Source: Octopus vulgaris (lineage: Eukaryota). From it: DNA of 64,000 nt. Position numbers and translations under genes: made by a program. The first letter of the stretch is position 1. The number at the start of each line of letters is the position of its first letter. The notes below the pieces were generated by a model, which did no database searches, had not been told where the DNA came from, and was given only the letters and a program-made list of their open reading frames with translations. The DNA lies in NCBI GenBank assembly GCA_951406725.2, contig OX597838.1, positions 23,498,001 to 23,562,000 on the forward strand. Direction: 5' to 3'. Of the stretch, positions 36,791 to 50,062 are shown one piece after another.

Positions 36791-37619
36791 ATTTTTATTC
36801 ATATAATAATAATATAGTTCTTTTGGGGTTTGTAATGCAGTATGTCTTTTAACAGATAACACAGTTTAAACAAAACTTTTGCTGTAATGACAGATTGTTG
36901 TTGACAGAAATTCAGTGCGAGAGAAAGAATTAAAATTTGTTTCAAGAAAATGTGTGTTTACTGTTGTTACTATAGTAACATACGATTTTCACTAAATGCC
37001 TACAATTAAAGTAAGGTAAATGTATGAGTAACAAATATTTTTACTGGTAGCATAGCAATGGATAAAGACCTAGTTCCAATCAATTTTCTGACTCGGTCGT
37101 GCATAGTTTTTGAGATAGTTTTGGCAATGTGAAATTGTTTCCCCACATGATCACACTGCAATGTAACATTTGTAGCAACTCGGATTTAGTTGATGAAATT
37201 TTAGGCTTTTTCTTTTTTTTCTTTTTTACTTCAGAATTATAATCAGTTTTTCTTCGTATTTCACAAAAAGAAATTTCTAAAAGTGAAAAATGGTGAGATT
37301 AAAATTTTGAAATGCCATTTTAAAAAAAAAAATATCTATTTTTTGCAGATTCAGAATCTCTGCGGTCGAAAAAGTGGGTTTCTGTAGAAAAAAAAAAAAA
37401 AAAAAAAAAACGTAAGAGGGTGTGGTCCATGTCCTTTACCTCCACCCAGAAGTTGTCTAAAAAATTAAAGAAACAATATCAGGCTTAATGTGGCGTGCCA
37501 TATCAGATTGATATGATGTTGCCCACTACTGAATGTAGATGTAACGCTTGAAGGTTCTCATGTTGGAGTAACTAGTAAACATCGAAGAATCAACACCAAT
37601 AAGGAAGAAATATTTACAT

Positions 37620-38336
37620 TTATTCATTTGTCCAATAGGCAGCTAGACAGAAGTAATAGTAGTGATAGTGTAGAAAAAAGGTTGGTTTGCTGATTGGTAG
37701 TTGATAGCATGTAGAAATTATGTCAGTGAAATAGTAAAGAATGCACAGTGCTGACTAGTAAGGATAAAAGGTGGCATCATCTTCCTTGTGGCCGAAAGCT
37801 TCTTTTTGTATGTCGACGGGTGAAGGGAAGTGTTGCTCTTGGTTATGGCTGATGCAGAAGAGCATGTTGCTCCATGGTCTGCTGACACTAAAGGGGAAGA
37901 TAGGAAGTGTTCTGTTATAAAGAATATGGTCAGTAATGTAGGTCAAGCCCTAAACAAAGAACTGATATTTCCTTGACCAGAACAGGTCCTAGGGGCGCCA
38001 CTGTTTCCTCATCTGGTGTAGAGGACTTCCTGCTTGTTAAAACAAGCAGGTGGATTAGGTCAAGCTTGGATCCCTACAAAACCTAATCCATCTTTGCCCA
38101 CTATTCACAGGAGATCCATGTTTGTTTTTTTTTTTTGTGCCCAAAAGTTTCAAGAAAAATAGGTAACTGGAAGATGATGCCACCTTTTATCCTTACTAGT
38201 CAGTACTGTACATTCTTTACTATTTCACTGACAGACAACTTCTACATGCTATCAACTACCAATCAGCAAACCAACCTTTTTTCTACACTATCACTACTAT
38301 TACTTCTGTCTAGCTGCCTATTGGACAAATGAATAA
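37620..38336. repeat. Inverted repeat, ~166-bp arms (37620-37785 / ~38169-38336)
   Basis: Arms are reverse complements with few differences; ~380-bp spacer. Confidence 0.92.
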
Positions 38337-38899
38337 GACAGGAATTTCAATTCGTAACAAATGGACCCATTTTTATATATTCTAACTTTACTGTAGCAGA
38401 CCATATGTATATGAAACAGTGATGTTGTGAAACTGCTGGAAATAAAATAACGTATTTGCAACAGTACAGTGAGTACTGTTACCAATGTAAAGTAGTGACA
38501 CACTACACTTGTTTCGTAACTTAATAACATGGTCACTTTATTATTCAAGTTAATGAAAATGACAAAACCATCATTGAAGTTCAAGCTTTGCAAATTTTAA
38601 GCCTTAAGCCTTGGTCCTGATTTCTTTGGTGTCGGCTCAGCTAGAAAAGGTATTGCTCAGGCAATTGGGGCAACATCCTGCATCTGCCACTGATCCATGA
38701 GGTAGTCCTCAGGCATCTCCCCCATAGGGCCTTATCAGAAGCAGCCATCATTGCTTTCAGGTTGAATTTCTAAACATGACCAAGTAAGAGTATGGATATT
38801 ATCCAATCATCTCATTCATAGTTTCCTGTTGGTTGGCTTGGTTTTAAGAATCTGTCTTGTGATTAGAATGTTACAAGAAATAATCCTATGTTCCTCGTA

Positions 38900-39271
38900 C
38901 CAGAGCTGTGACCTCTCAATCATATAAGAACGTTGGCATCAATACTTTATACAATAACATTACCACCTAATGTGACAGAAGCCACCATCATCAACGGATG
39001 TGTGTCTGAGAAAGAGGCTTTCATTCCAAGAATTCCAATCAAACCAACAGACATGCCATTTGAGTTCAAGTGAAACACGATTCCCAGTGCAACTTTGCTT
39101 TGCAATGTCTATTAATAAAGCTCAAGGCCAGTCTTTGAAATCTATTGGCTTGCATTTCTCATGGTCACCTTTATTTTGGTTGCTCCAGGGTAGGTTGTTT
39201 GCCAGACTTATTTGTTTATGCTCCAAACCAGAAAAAACAGGAATATTGTTTACATAGACGCTCTCATGTAA
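38900..39271 (+). mobile_element. Helitron RepHel PIF1-like helicase C-terminal fragment
   Basis: EATII..FIPRIPIKPTDMPFEFK..RFPVQLCFAMSINKAQGQSLK..HGHLYFGCSRV, frameshifted. Confidence 0.88.
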
Positions 39272-39682
39272 ATTCCTTCAACATACATGGTAGAATTTAT
39301 TTCCTTTCATAAATGTGGTAAATTTTGTATTTTCGTTTATCATTGTATTATAAATTCAGATTTGATTTCCCAATTGAAGAATAAATTGAATTTAGAATAA
39401 ATTTCTATACAACATATTTTGTTTTTTTTTCCTCTAATATATAAGGGGAAAATTTCATTCCCGTACAACACCATCATCATGTCCTTAACGTCGTCGACAT
39501 AATCTCTCTACGTACACAGCCCAACAAGCAATTCACCCAGGTTTCAACAGTTCACTGTTTGTGAATTATTTCACCATGGATCAATAATGAATATACAATC
39601 TTCATGAACACTGCATCACAGCCACGACTTCACATGTACCTGTAACCAGCTCGGTACCATGGCTGCAACTTCTTGATACAGT

Positions 39683-39965
39683 GCTGTGTGCATAGCGTAC
39701 TACGTTCGATATGACAGTTAGCCCGGCGTTATAGAACAGGATGAATTACTCGTTTACATTACTGACGAACACCCCAGATAGTACAACTGTAATTGTAAAT
39801 GAAACTGTGAGCTTTGGGGGGCTCGTAAGCCATTTCATTTAATTCATCATTAATATTTCGTTTCATATCATCCTTTCTGTATTTTTGTTATATGTACCCC
39901 ATGTCCTGTATTGTATTGTTATGTTCCCTCTTCATTCGGGCCATTGTGCCTATAATAAAGATTTT
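39683..39965 (+). mobile_element. 5'-truncated retroposed fragment with 16-bp TSD
   Basis: TSD AACTTCTTGATACAGT (39667-39682 / 39966-39981); G-loop hairpin and TAATAAAGA tail reminiscent of the Tx1-type 3'UTRs. Confidence 0.7.
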
Positions 39966-40480
39966 AACTTCTTGATACAGTACTTCAATATAGTGTACGA
40001 CTGACTACGAACTGGTATTATCATTCTGTGAACTTACTTCTCACTTCGATGGCTACAGACTCTTTCACTGTTTCGTCTTCATTGCCATCCTTATATGTTC
40101 TTAACATGTCCATATATCTATGCTTACACACACACACACACTTTGTTCTCATGACAGCCTGTCAATTACTGTATATATGAAGCACACAGACACACATTAT
40201 GTTATCAATAAATATTTTCTTAACCATTCTACGCAGTCTTGTCTCTTTTCCCTGTGACACTTGTTTGTACTATTTAATTTCTCTTTATTTTAACGGTCGT
40301 GTGATGTGGTACAAACGAGCCATTCTCGTCACCTCACATCTCGCGGTCCATTTCAGATCAATGCACCCTTACGATCCCACTTCTCTTTCCAACTCTCGCT
40401 TTAATAACTGGTACACGCAAAATTAGTCATGCACGTACTCCGTATTGGGCGATGCAGGAAACCTCTGTAATCCTCTAGCC

Positions 40481-41262
40481 CAATGGTTCCCAAACTTTTT
40501 CAGGCTGCCATCCCCTGGACAGCCAGGGCACATTCCTAGCGTCCCCACCTCAACCAAACATCACAAGCATAGACCTCTTTCTGAAGCAAATTCAAAGCAA
40601 CCGTATTTCAAAAATAGAACTTAACATATGCACAGGAGTGACTGCGTAGCACTTTGGGCAAGTGTCTTCTATAGTCTCGGGCCGACCAAAACCTTGTGAG
40701 AGTATTTGGTAGACGGAAACTGAAGGAAGCCTGTCGTGTGTGTGTGTGTGTGTGTCCCCAAACAAGAAAACACAGCAACGTGAGGACATGGATCAATTAA
40801 AGTATTATTGACGCTCAGGGAAGGAGGGTTTTACGTTTCGAGCGGAGCTCTTCGTCGGAAACAAGATGGAAAGATCCCAAGAAGGGAAGACAGAGGAAAA
40901 AATATTTTTGCTGGTGGTGCACAAGAGATCACATATATATATATATATATACACACACACATCGCTTGACAACCGATGATGGTTTGTTTACGTCCCTATA
41001 ACTTAGCGGTTCGGCAAAAGTGACCAATAGAATAAGTACTAGGTTTACAAAAAAATAAGTCTTGGGGTCGATTTGCTTGACTAAAGGTGGTGCTCCAAGT
41101 AAAAAAAAAAAAACAATCATAATCGCCCCAATTTTTACATGAATCGCTACCCCATTATCCACCCCCAGTTTTCTTCAACACTCCCCTTGGAACTTTCCAC
41201 TGCCCGCCCCGCCAGTGGTGGTGCTGGTGGGGATAGCAATACTGTCACTTTGGGAACCACTG
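40481..41262. mobile_element. hAT-like MITE containing a SINE A (~40631-41101), which contains a Penelope-type fragment (~40760-40930)
   Basis: Terminal inverted repeats CARTGGTTCCCAAA / TTTGGGAACCACTG. Confidence 0.65.
40828..40862 (-). ncRNA. Degenerate minimal hammerhead motif (core CCGACGA)
   Basis: GTTT-CCGACGA-A-GAGC-TCC-GCTC-GAAA-CG-TA-AAAC; conserved U4 replaced by C. Confidence 0.5.
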
Positions 41263-41295
41263 CTAGATAACATGTTTATTTCAGATGAGTATTGG

Positions 41296-41566
41296 ATGCC
41301 AGCGAGCTGGCAGAAACGTTAGCATGCTGGGCGAAATGCTTAGCGGTATTTCGTCTGCGTTACGTGTGAGTTCAAATTCCGCCGAGGTCGACTTTGCCTT
41401 TCATCCTTTTGGGGTCGATAAATTAAGTACCAGTTACGCACTGGGGTCGATGTAATCGACTTAATACATGTTTGTCCCCTCTGTGTTTAGCCCCTTGTGG
41501 GTAATAAAGAAATAGGTATTTCGACTGCCGTTACTTTGTGAGTTCAAATTCCGCCGATGTCGACTT
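41296..41566 (+). mobile_element. SINE family C plus partial second copy starting at GGTATTTC
   Basis: Tail AATAAAGAAATA joined to GGTATTTCGACTGCCG at ~41515. Confidence 0.9.
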
Positions 41567-41876
41567 TCGTCACTCACTCTCCGTTTCTCTCACTTAGGCT
41601 CTCTCTCTCTCTCTCTCTCTCTTCCCACACACAAAAATCAAACACATTTTGGCGCCAAATTTGTTTCGTTTTTTTTTATGTGGGGAGAGAGAAAGAAAGA
41701 GTGTGAGTGGGTGACGAAGTTTACCTAAACATTGAATGGATAAAAATCTATAACTATATCATTATACATCATCAGCACCATCGTTTAACGTCTGCTTTCC
41801 AAGCTGCCATGGGTTGGACGGTTTGACTGAGGACTGGCAAGTCGGGAAAATCTATTCGGGGTTATTATATATATTA

Positions 41877-42278
41877 CTAGCAGTATCGCCCGGCGTTGCT
41901 CGGGTTTGTAATGGAAATAACTATATAAGCATTTTCAGAGAGTTATAGCCAAAAAATAGCAAAAAAATGCATTAAAAATGGGGAAAAAAAATATGGTAAA
42001 TTTTTTTTTTTTAAATCGTTGACTCATCGTAGATATTTTTAGAGAGTTACTTCCCTTATATAATAGCGAAAAAATGCATTAAAATGGAAAAAAATGATGG
42101 TAAATTATTTTTAAAATCGTAGACTCATCGTAGACGCGCGCTAATACCCAGAAGGGCTCGATATGAATCACGACTATAAGATACCCGGTTTTGGTTACAC
42201 TGCACCGCAAAATGTGGGAGTAGTTAGGAATCTAAATCGTAGGAGACAGACACACAACTTGACTTTTATATATAAAGA
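41877..42278 (-). mobile_element. Non-autonomous Helitron
   Basis: 5' TC, 3' CCCGAGCAACGCCGGG hairpin plus CTAG, A|T target, internal ~115-bp duplication. Confidence 0.8.
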
Positions 42279-43779
42279 TATCCAATGGTCTTAAGAGTAA
42301 GGAAAAAGATATTTCGTTAATATTTTAATTTTACTCCATTTCACTCATACATGCAAAAACTCTAATGTGTTTTTTTAAATTTTTTTTAAGATGAATTTAT
42401 CGTCTGTCACTCCAGACTTCGTTACCACTAACTTCTACAACCTCTGCATCTTCACTTATTCATTTCAAACTTCTTTGAATTTTCAGTCAAATGTAATCCA
42501 CACTCTCTCGAAAACGTATTTCTGAAAAATGTTATCTAAAATTATGGCGGAGAATAAAGGAAATAGCAAAATCTATTTGAAAATGAGGGTGGGGGGTGAA
42601 ATTTCCGAGGGTTGCACCCTATCCCGTTTTCCGGACCCAAATAGGGGCTTTGTAGCATATTAGGTCACCGGAATTCGGTCAACGAAAAAAAAAAAAAATT
42701 CCAATGATTCCAGGATAGGAGAGGGCCGTTTCCCACCCACCCCTGTTTTCCGAACAAAACTAACGAGTTTGCAGCATATTAGGAGGTCAGGGTACTTGAT
42801 TCCACGCAAAATATCCGAGGTTTTTTTTTTCTTTTAGGGAAAATCGTGCGGGTGAAAGAATAAAATAATACCAAAATTACGAGATAATATAGTCGTCAAT
42901 ACACCCGTTTGTCAGAGAAAAAAAAGACGAGATAGTCACGGCTGGAACGCGTTTAATCATTGATCTTCAACAACAGAAGTCATCAAATAAAAAGAAACGC
43001 TATTTTTTCCCAAATTATAAACAAATCCTCCACCTCCTCCCTCCCTCTCCCAGTTACTCTGAGAATCTGTTCCGCAGCAAATTAAGTAACTAAGCAACGT
43101 TATTGTAAACAACTCTTTAAAAAGAATAAAAAACGATATTCTTATAACGAGTTTTTTTCTTTTTTTTCATTTTCTTTCCCGAAGAATAAAAAAATGTATT
43201 AATTGTTAATTTTTTTTAATTTCAACTTCATTTATTTTTAAATGATCAGTTTCTTCCTTGCGAGCATAAAATTGATGTAAGACAGTCTGTGAGATAAATG
43301 TTACACTAGGTTGACTAAAAAAAGATAAAAACACCACAACCAGAAAAGAATGACTTGTTCATTCAATGTCATGCTGGAGTTAGTCTGTTTCTGTTTCTTT
43401 CTCTTTTTCTCTTTCTTATTCTTTTTGTCTCTTTCCTTTCTGGGATTCTCTCTACTTCTCTCAAACACAGACATAACGACATTTTACGTGCATGCAAACT
43501 TTTTTCGAGAAGCACAAACATAAACTAGAAGGCTGGTCTAAGTGCCCATCTTTCGTAAACACACAGAAAGCAACCTGTTTATTCTTATATATAATAATAG
43601 TTAGTCATGCCGCTTTGTAAGTCTTGCTGTCGTCAGGGCAAAGAATGTAAAAATGGGAAGAAGAAAACTGTAAGATTTAAAGTATTTATTTCTCCATTTT
43701 TCTACTCTCCATCATAAATACAATCACTCTCTCATCACTTGAGATATGTGTGTGTGCGTATGTTATGCATGTGTATAGT

Positions 43780-44152
43780 CAGGACCGGATTTATGTATGA
43801 ACCATGACTAGGGGTCCCTGAGTTTGGTTGCGAGGGTATGGGATAGGAGCTTTAACTGAGAGGTTCTAAAGCTCTGAGTTAAAACTTAAAAATTACAATT
43901 CCTTTGTTTATTTTTTTATTTAATCCATACGTTCTTTTAAAAGTATTTGAGCCTTTTCATTTACTGGCCTTGTTTTATTTAAAAAGCCATTAAATTGAGC
44001 CGAGTTTCTCTGAATCTACCGTGGCCCTTTCAAGTTTCGGGGCCTTAACTTTAATAGGGCCATCTTTATCTTAGATTTTGAATTAGCAAAATCCAGGGTA
44101 CCCGCAAAACCTATTAGTCCAGATGCCTTCCACTAGATCTAAACCCAGCCCT
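43780..44152. mobile_element. Old hAT-like MITE
   Basis: Imperfect terminal inverted repeats CAGGACCGGATTTA / TAAACCCAGCCCTG. Confidence 0.4.
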
Positions 44153-44229
44153 GTGCATGTCGATGGATCTTTTTATTTGCTAACTCTGCAAGGAGGGCCA
44201 GAACACATTGCTTTCATAGTCCATCCAAG

Positions 44230-44990
44230 GGTGCTGAGATCGATACTATTAATGTCCCTCTGACTTTTCTAAATTAACTCCTCTGGGGTGTTGATTTAGA
44301 GGACAGATTTTAGGAAGAAAGAACTGAACATAACAATTAATGCAGGAGTAGTCGAGGTTGGGACAAGAAAATGAGAAGAAGAATGTTGAATCGGAAAAGC
44401 TTGAGATGAGGCAATATGAGCCCGGCCAGCTCAAAGGAGCAGAGGCCATTGTAGTAACGGTAGAAAATGTAGAGAGATGGTACAGTACATCTGTGACCCA
44501 GAGTATAGATCGTACTTTTGAGCGACTATGTCAATCAATAGGCCTTTTTCCGGATGCAGTTTCCTATGTCTGTAAGAGATCAATGTTCTGTTGTGGGTCT
44601 CACCTGGACTTTGGAGAATGCCAATAATTGCTGGGAGTCGAAGTACCTTCATGTGCTGAAGAGAAGGGCCAGTCGTGCGATGCAGTTCTAGCTATAATAA
44701 AGATGTGCTTTCGCCCGGAAAGATCCTTATTGGTAGTGAGGATCGACATTAGGCGCGATTGTAAGTGACCTAGTTGTATTCTGCTTATGTTTAAGAGTCG
44801 AGGATGGGGTGCTAAGATATCTTCTTGAGAGGAGTAATAGTCGCGCTTCCTCGCTTCTGAAAGAGATAAAACTGGCATATTCCACCCCACCCCCGTTGAG
44901 AAGAGATGATCTCGATGGTTTGACATGTGGTAACGTAGCTTCAGAGTGGATGATGTATGTTCAGAGAACGTGAGCGGAGTAAGAAGAGTA
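44230..44990 (-). mobile_element. Decayed CR1/Jockey-group LINE RT C-terminal fragment
   Basis: IQKKA..LGHRCTVPSLYIFYRYYNGLCSFELAGLI. Confidence 0.65.
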
Positions 44991-44997
44991 GGGCATA

Positions 44998-45219
44998 CGA
45001 GGGGTGCTAAAAAGTTCCTGCCTTTAAGTGTATCGCGAAAGGCCTGGATGCCTAGTTGGAAGTCCAATCTTCCAAGTTCTTTTACAGGGCTTAGAAAAAC
45101 TGAAGCACCGTTGCAATAAGTGTGTGAAACTGAGAGGAGAATATGTTGAATAAAATCATAATTAACTGATCCTCCTGTATTTTATTTACCCAAAGCCAGG
45201 AACTTTTCAGCACCTCTCG
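44998..45219 (+). mobile_element. mariner-derived MITE
   Basis: Inverted ends CGAGGGGTGCTAAAAAGTTCCTG / CAGGAACTTTTCAGCACCTCTCG, 5' TA, transposase end GLEKLKHRCNKCVKLRGEYVE*. Confidence 0.85.
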
Positions 45220-45288
45220 GGTGTGTATTTTGTTGGACAAAAACAAATTACTTGTTACAACTTTGTGTGTAATTTAATATATATAATA

Positions 45289-45674
45289 TACTCTTTTACT
45301 TGTTTCAGTCATTTGGCTGCGGCCATGCTGGAGCACCGCCTTTAGTCGAGCAAATCGACCCCGGGACTTATTCTTTGTAAGCCCAGTACTTATTCTATCG
45401 GTCTCTTTTTGCCGAACCGCTAAGTGACGGGGACGTAAACACACCAGCATCGGTTGTCAAGCAATGCTAGGGGGACAAACACAGACACAAATAGACACAC
45501 ACATATATATACGACAGGCTTCTTTCAGTTTCCGTCTACCAAATCCACTCACAAGGCATTGGTCGGCCCGAGGCTATAGCAGAAGACACTTGCCCAAGAT
45601 GCCACGCAGTGGGACTGAACCCGGAACCATGTGGTTGGTTAGCAAGCTACTTACCACACAGCCACTCCTGCGCC
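45289..45674 (-). mobile_element. SINE family A
   Basis: Full unit. Confidence 0.9.
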
Positions 45675-47764
45675 TATATATACCCACTATATATATTTCT
45701 CGCCTCTCGCACAAACATCATCGTGTACAGACTCTAACTCACTTGCGTAACATAACCTAATAACGGCAAAGTACAAGTAACATGGTTTTGTATCATCTTT
45801 CTCTGCTGCCCTCCTCTCTGGCTCTCACCCCCCCCCCCAAAAAAAACCGCCACTTTTCTCAGTTGTCAACAAACATACACTCCCCCTCTCTTTTCTTTCT
45901 CCTCACGCTTATACGATAAATAGGACTGAATATTTGCGAAACATACCATACATTTTGCATTTGAGTTCCCTGAGATGAACATACACACGCACACAATCAT
46001 ATATATGCATACAATGCACACACATACATCTACACACATAACAACACAAACAGGCACACGCCTTTAAAAGAAGTGTTTAGAAACGTAATATTGTGTGTGT
46101 TTGTGAAAGAAGGGTGTGTCACAATCAAACCAATCAGACATCAATATCTTATCTATCAATATATACATATATATATATATATATATATTCAGTTAACCCC
46201 TAGAGGATTGAATGATAAAATCGACCCAGCAGGATTCGAACTCAGATTGCTTATGTGTATGTTAATTAGTCCTATATATATATATGCATGTATTTGTGTA
46301 TGCGTGTATATTTGTCTTTGTACAGTTGTATGTGTACGCATATCTATCTATCTACCTATATATCTATCTATATATGCACATATACACATCCCTGTTTGTA
46401 TGTGTGTGTGTGTGTGAATTCATATACACATTTACGCTTATCTACGTACACACAAACTTTCAGTGTTAACCTCTACCAACCGACGTTACATGTTCAACAC
46501 TTAATTGGGGTGACGTATTCTATCGCATGTCAAACTAGTTTTGTGTCAACGCACTAAACAGATTGTGTTATACATACAGGACTTACACATACCATTGCCT
46601 TATATATATATATATATACATATGGTAGGACAAATGCTTTATTTTGATTAATCTTTTAATATGAAGTAGTCAAATAATTTTCGATCAACCAACTTCACGT
46701 GTGTGAGTGTGTCTGTGTTGAGTGATATTATTACAAGTGAATTTGTTTCCAAATCGTGGCCTTCTGACACACACAAACTTGTCGAATCTGTACGGAAACA
46801 GCGATCTCCTTTTCAAAATATAAGGGACTACATAAAAACGATAGTAAAATTTACCAAACCAAAGCTACATACTGGGATTCACGGAAATCTACAAAACTTT
46901 TTAAGTATGATATTTTATTATATTTTTAAAATATACTCATAAAGTATATGAGTTATATAAAGTATATAAAGTTAATGAGTTTTAGTAATCACACGTTTCC
47001 TCGGTAGCTTGTAAAGTATTATTTACACTACTACAAGCGTGGAATACCCAAATGTCTAAAAAAAAATTCTATGATTTTTTTTTCTTCTTAAATATACCAT
47101 AAATTGGTAATTAACCCAGTTTAATTAACATTAGCAATCACTTAGGTTAAATGATGATTTATTTGTTAATTATGAGAAAAATCTGGCAGGTCGTTTTTAT
47201 GTGGTCATTTGCATTTTGAACTTGAAGAGGTCGTCGTTGTTTACTACATATATTTGTGTGTATTTGTTAACAGTTCATTATTCAAACTTTAGTTTGAATG
47301 AACTACGGTTCAGCGAACGTGGAAGTCAATGTCAATAAATTTATATAATTTTTTTTTTAATATTTGCTTTTACACATGTTATGAGATGTTTTAATTATAC
47401 ATGAAAACTTTGGAACAAAATATATTTGTTTTCATTATTAACTTATATAATTTTGACGGTGCTCGGAATAGCCAACGAGGGTGCCTCTACAGAGTTTAAT
47501 TGCTCGTCTGCCAACATTAATCTTTCCTCAGTGTTTCCCAGTCTATTTTCCCCCCAGGCTCCGCTATAACTTTCCAGAAAAATGTATACCTCACCGATGG
47601 TTGGGAAAAAAAAAGATTATTATTAATAGTTCATAATTATACATTTTTCCTTTAGAATAGCGCTATACTGTGTAGCAAACAATCTTCACACAGCTTATTC
47701 TTGGTTGGCAGGAGTGGTTTGGTTACTTGGTTAGGCTGAGTAAAGGTGTAGTATTATTGCTGTG

Positions 47765-48095
47765 AAAAGATTTCCACAAAGTTATCAACCACCTCACCAA
47801 AAACAACAATGAACACCTTTTTGATCTCCATGTGTCTAACACACGTGGACATGCCTACAAAGTCAGAAAACAACACAGCTCCCATGACTTTCGGAAACAT
47901 TTTTTCACGCTCAGAGTTGCTGAAGCATGGAATAAACTGCCTGCGTCAGTTGTTGACTGCCATGACACTGCATCCTTTAAGGCCCTCATGCTTTCCGAAA
48001 TCCGCCGAAACTACACCTGATTATATATACACTTTAGATGAGTTGTAGTGCACCTGAGCACTGTACACAATTATTATTATTGTTATTATTATTAT
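47765..48095 (+). mobile_element. CR1-clade LINE 3' end
   Basis: TRGHAYKV..RKHFFTLRVAEAWNKLP..FK, short hairpin and (TTA)n tail. Confidence 0.88.
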
Positions 48096-48703
48096 TCCAT
48101 GCCCCCACTCCAATGTATTCCAGGCCACGGTGGTGGGGCGTGTACCACACGTTGGAAACCACAGGTCTACATGATGCTGTATCTGAATAGGAGACGGAAC
48201 GGTCACGGACTACTTGAACGCCCTTTGACCACAGGTCTGCTTTATCAAGGAAGACTTGCGATAGACGGGAGCAAGGCCCTCTAGACAACACTGAATGATA
48301 GAGAAGTTATGTGTGATAGCTACGTTTCAATACATATTGGCTTGAAAAAGAAACCCCTCCAGGTGTGGGAAGATTTGTAAATTCACATCTGCGAGATCTC
48401 ATCTTAATTGTCCCCTTCTGGTGTTGAGCCATGTTGTCCTCATCTTTTAACCTTTTCCTTGGCGTCCAATCGTCATATATAACACACATTTCTAAGGCGG
48501 TGCCCCAGCATGGCTGCAGCCTAATTAATGACTGCAATTAGTGACTGATAAAACAATTTCTAAAATTAGAATTGATAATATCCTATCATTTTTTTTGTTT
48601 GTTTTTTTTTTTTTTGAATTTTGCTATTAATTATAAAAATGATAAAATGTTATCGAAACTGATTTTCCTTCTATCTTTCAAATTAGCAAGCATTGATCCT
48701 CAG

Positions 48704-49136
48704 CCGGTCGGCAATCTTTCGTCTCTAGTAGACCTTTCCGTAAAAAATTTTTTTTTTTTTTTACATATGGGCTTGCGGGAACTTTTGAAGTAATGAGAGC
48801 GAAAGAGACTAAGAGAAAGCGATTGTATGACGAGGGAAGTTCTTTTGAAGTTACCGTGCATGGGAAGCATTGATGTACATGTGTGTGTGTGTGTGTTTGA
48901 TGGGGTGTGGGAGACAGACAGTATGTTGTGTAAGTGAAGTGCTTCTGTTAGTGTGTGTGAAGAGACAGAGTAATGTGTGAAAGAAAGAGATAACTGAAAT
49001 TTTTCTACTCGGTGTATGTGTATATGTATGTATATTACTTCAAAAGTTCCCGCAAGCCCATATGTAAAAAAAAATTAAAAATTTTTTTACGGAAATCGAC
49101 GGAAAGGTCTACTAGAGACGAAAGATCGCCAGCCGG
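48704..49136. mobile_element. MITE with ~95-bp terminal inverted repeats
   Basis: CCGG..ATCTTTCGTCTCTAGTAGACCTTTCCGT..GGGCTTGCGGGAACTTTTGAAGTAAT and its reverse complement; internal sequence shared with 53160-53380. Confidence 0.85.
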
Positions 49137-49994
49137 TCCTATGTATAACATGATACACAGGACGTAATTTCCCTGGTATCCATGCATTATATATGAAACA
49201 CATTCCGAATTTTTTTTTCCTTAGCCACCATAGCCACTTAGGACTTGCGAAAGAAAAGCTTTATACGATTCATTACGTATAAAACAAAAGCTTAATTAAA
49301 AGTCTGAAAAGAAACATGGATATTAAAAACAAACTTATGAAAATGCTTTGGACGGGCAACGGGTTAATGCAGATCTTTGCTGCTTCCCTCGCTGCTTGAC
49401 ATCTTGACATTTATTCTGGCTAAGTCCGTCTCTCACCTCTCCCGAAATATCTTCTATTCATTTCTTCTACATTTCAGTGACACGATGTAGTTTAGTTGCG
49501 CAATGTAGTTTAAGTTTAATTCTAGGTGTTCCTAAAATAACAGACGTTTACGGTTCGGAATGTCTTTAATCACATGTTGGCACAATCAAAATTCGTTTAG
49601 AGCTAAACTACAATTCCTTTTTCCTTTTTATTTATATATATATATATATATTTTTCCTTCCAGCGTGTCCCAGTTCAAGTGACTTCCCTAACAAATACTG
49701 ACCTCACATTTATGCTTCTTTCTTTTTTTCTCTCTTCCTTCCTTTCCCACTCTTCTCTCTTTCCTTTCTCTCTCCGTCATTCTTTTTTTAATCTCTCCTT
49801 CTCTCCCTTCCTTTCCCACTTTCTTCTTTACTCTCTCGCTCCTTTGTGTCTCTTTCTCTTCCCTTCATTCTTTCTTTATCTCTCCCTTCTTTTCCGTTCT
49901 TTCTCTCTCTCTCTCTCAATGCTGATTAACCCAAGGTCAACCCTGATTCACACCAATCCTAACCATCTCCTCTCTCTTTCAGACATCGTGTACC

Positions 49995-49995
<1 letters not shown>

Positions 49996-50060
<65 letters not shown>
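49996..50060. repeat. (TA)n microsatellite
   Basis: Pure dinucleotide run. Confidence 0.97.

Positions 50061-50062
<2 letters not shown>

Noticed and set aside
39762-39812. CTGACGA...GAAA hammerhead-like spacing
   Set aside because: No stem II pairing, stem III or NUH site.
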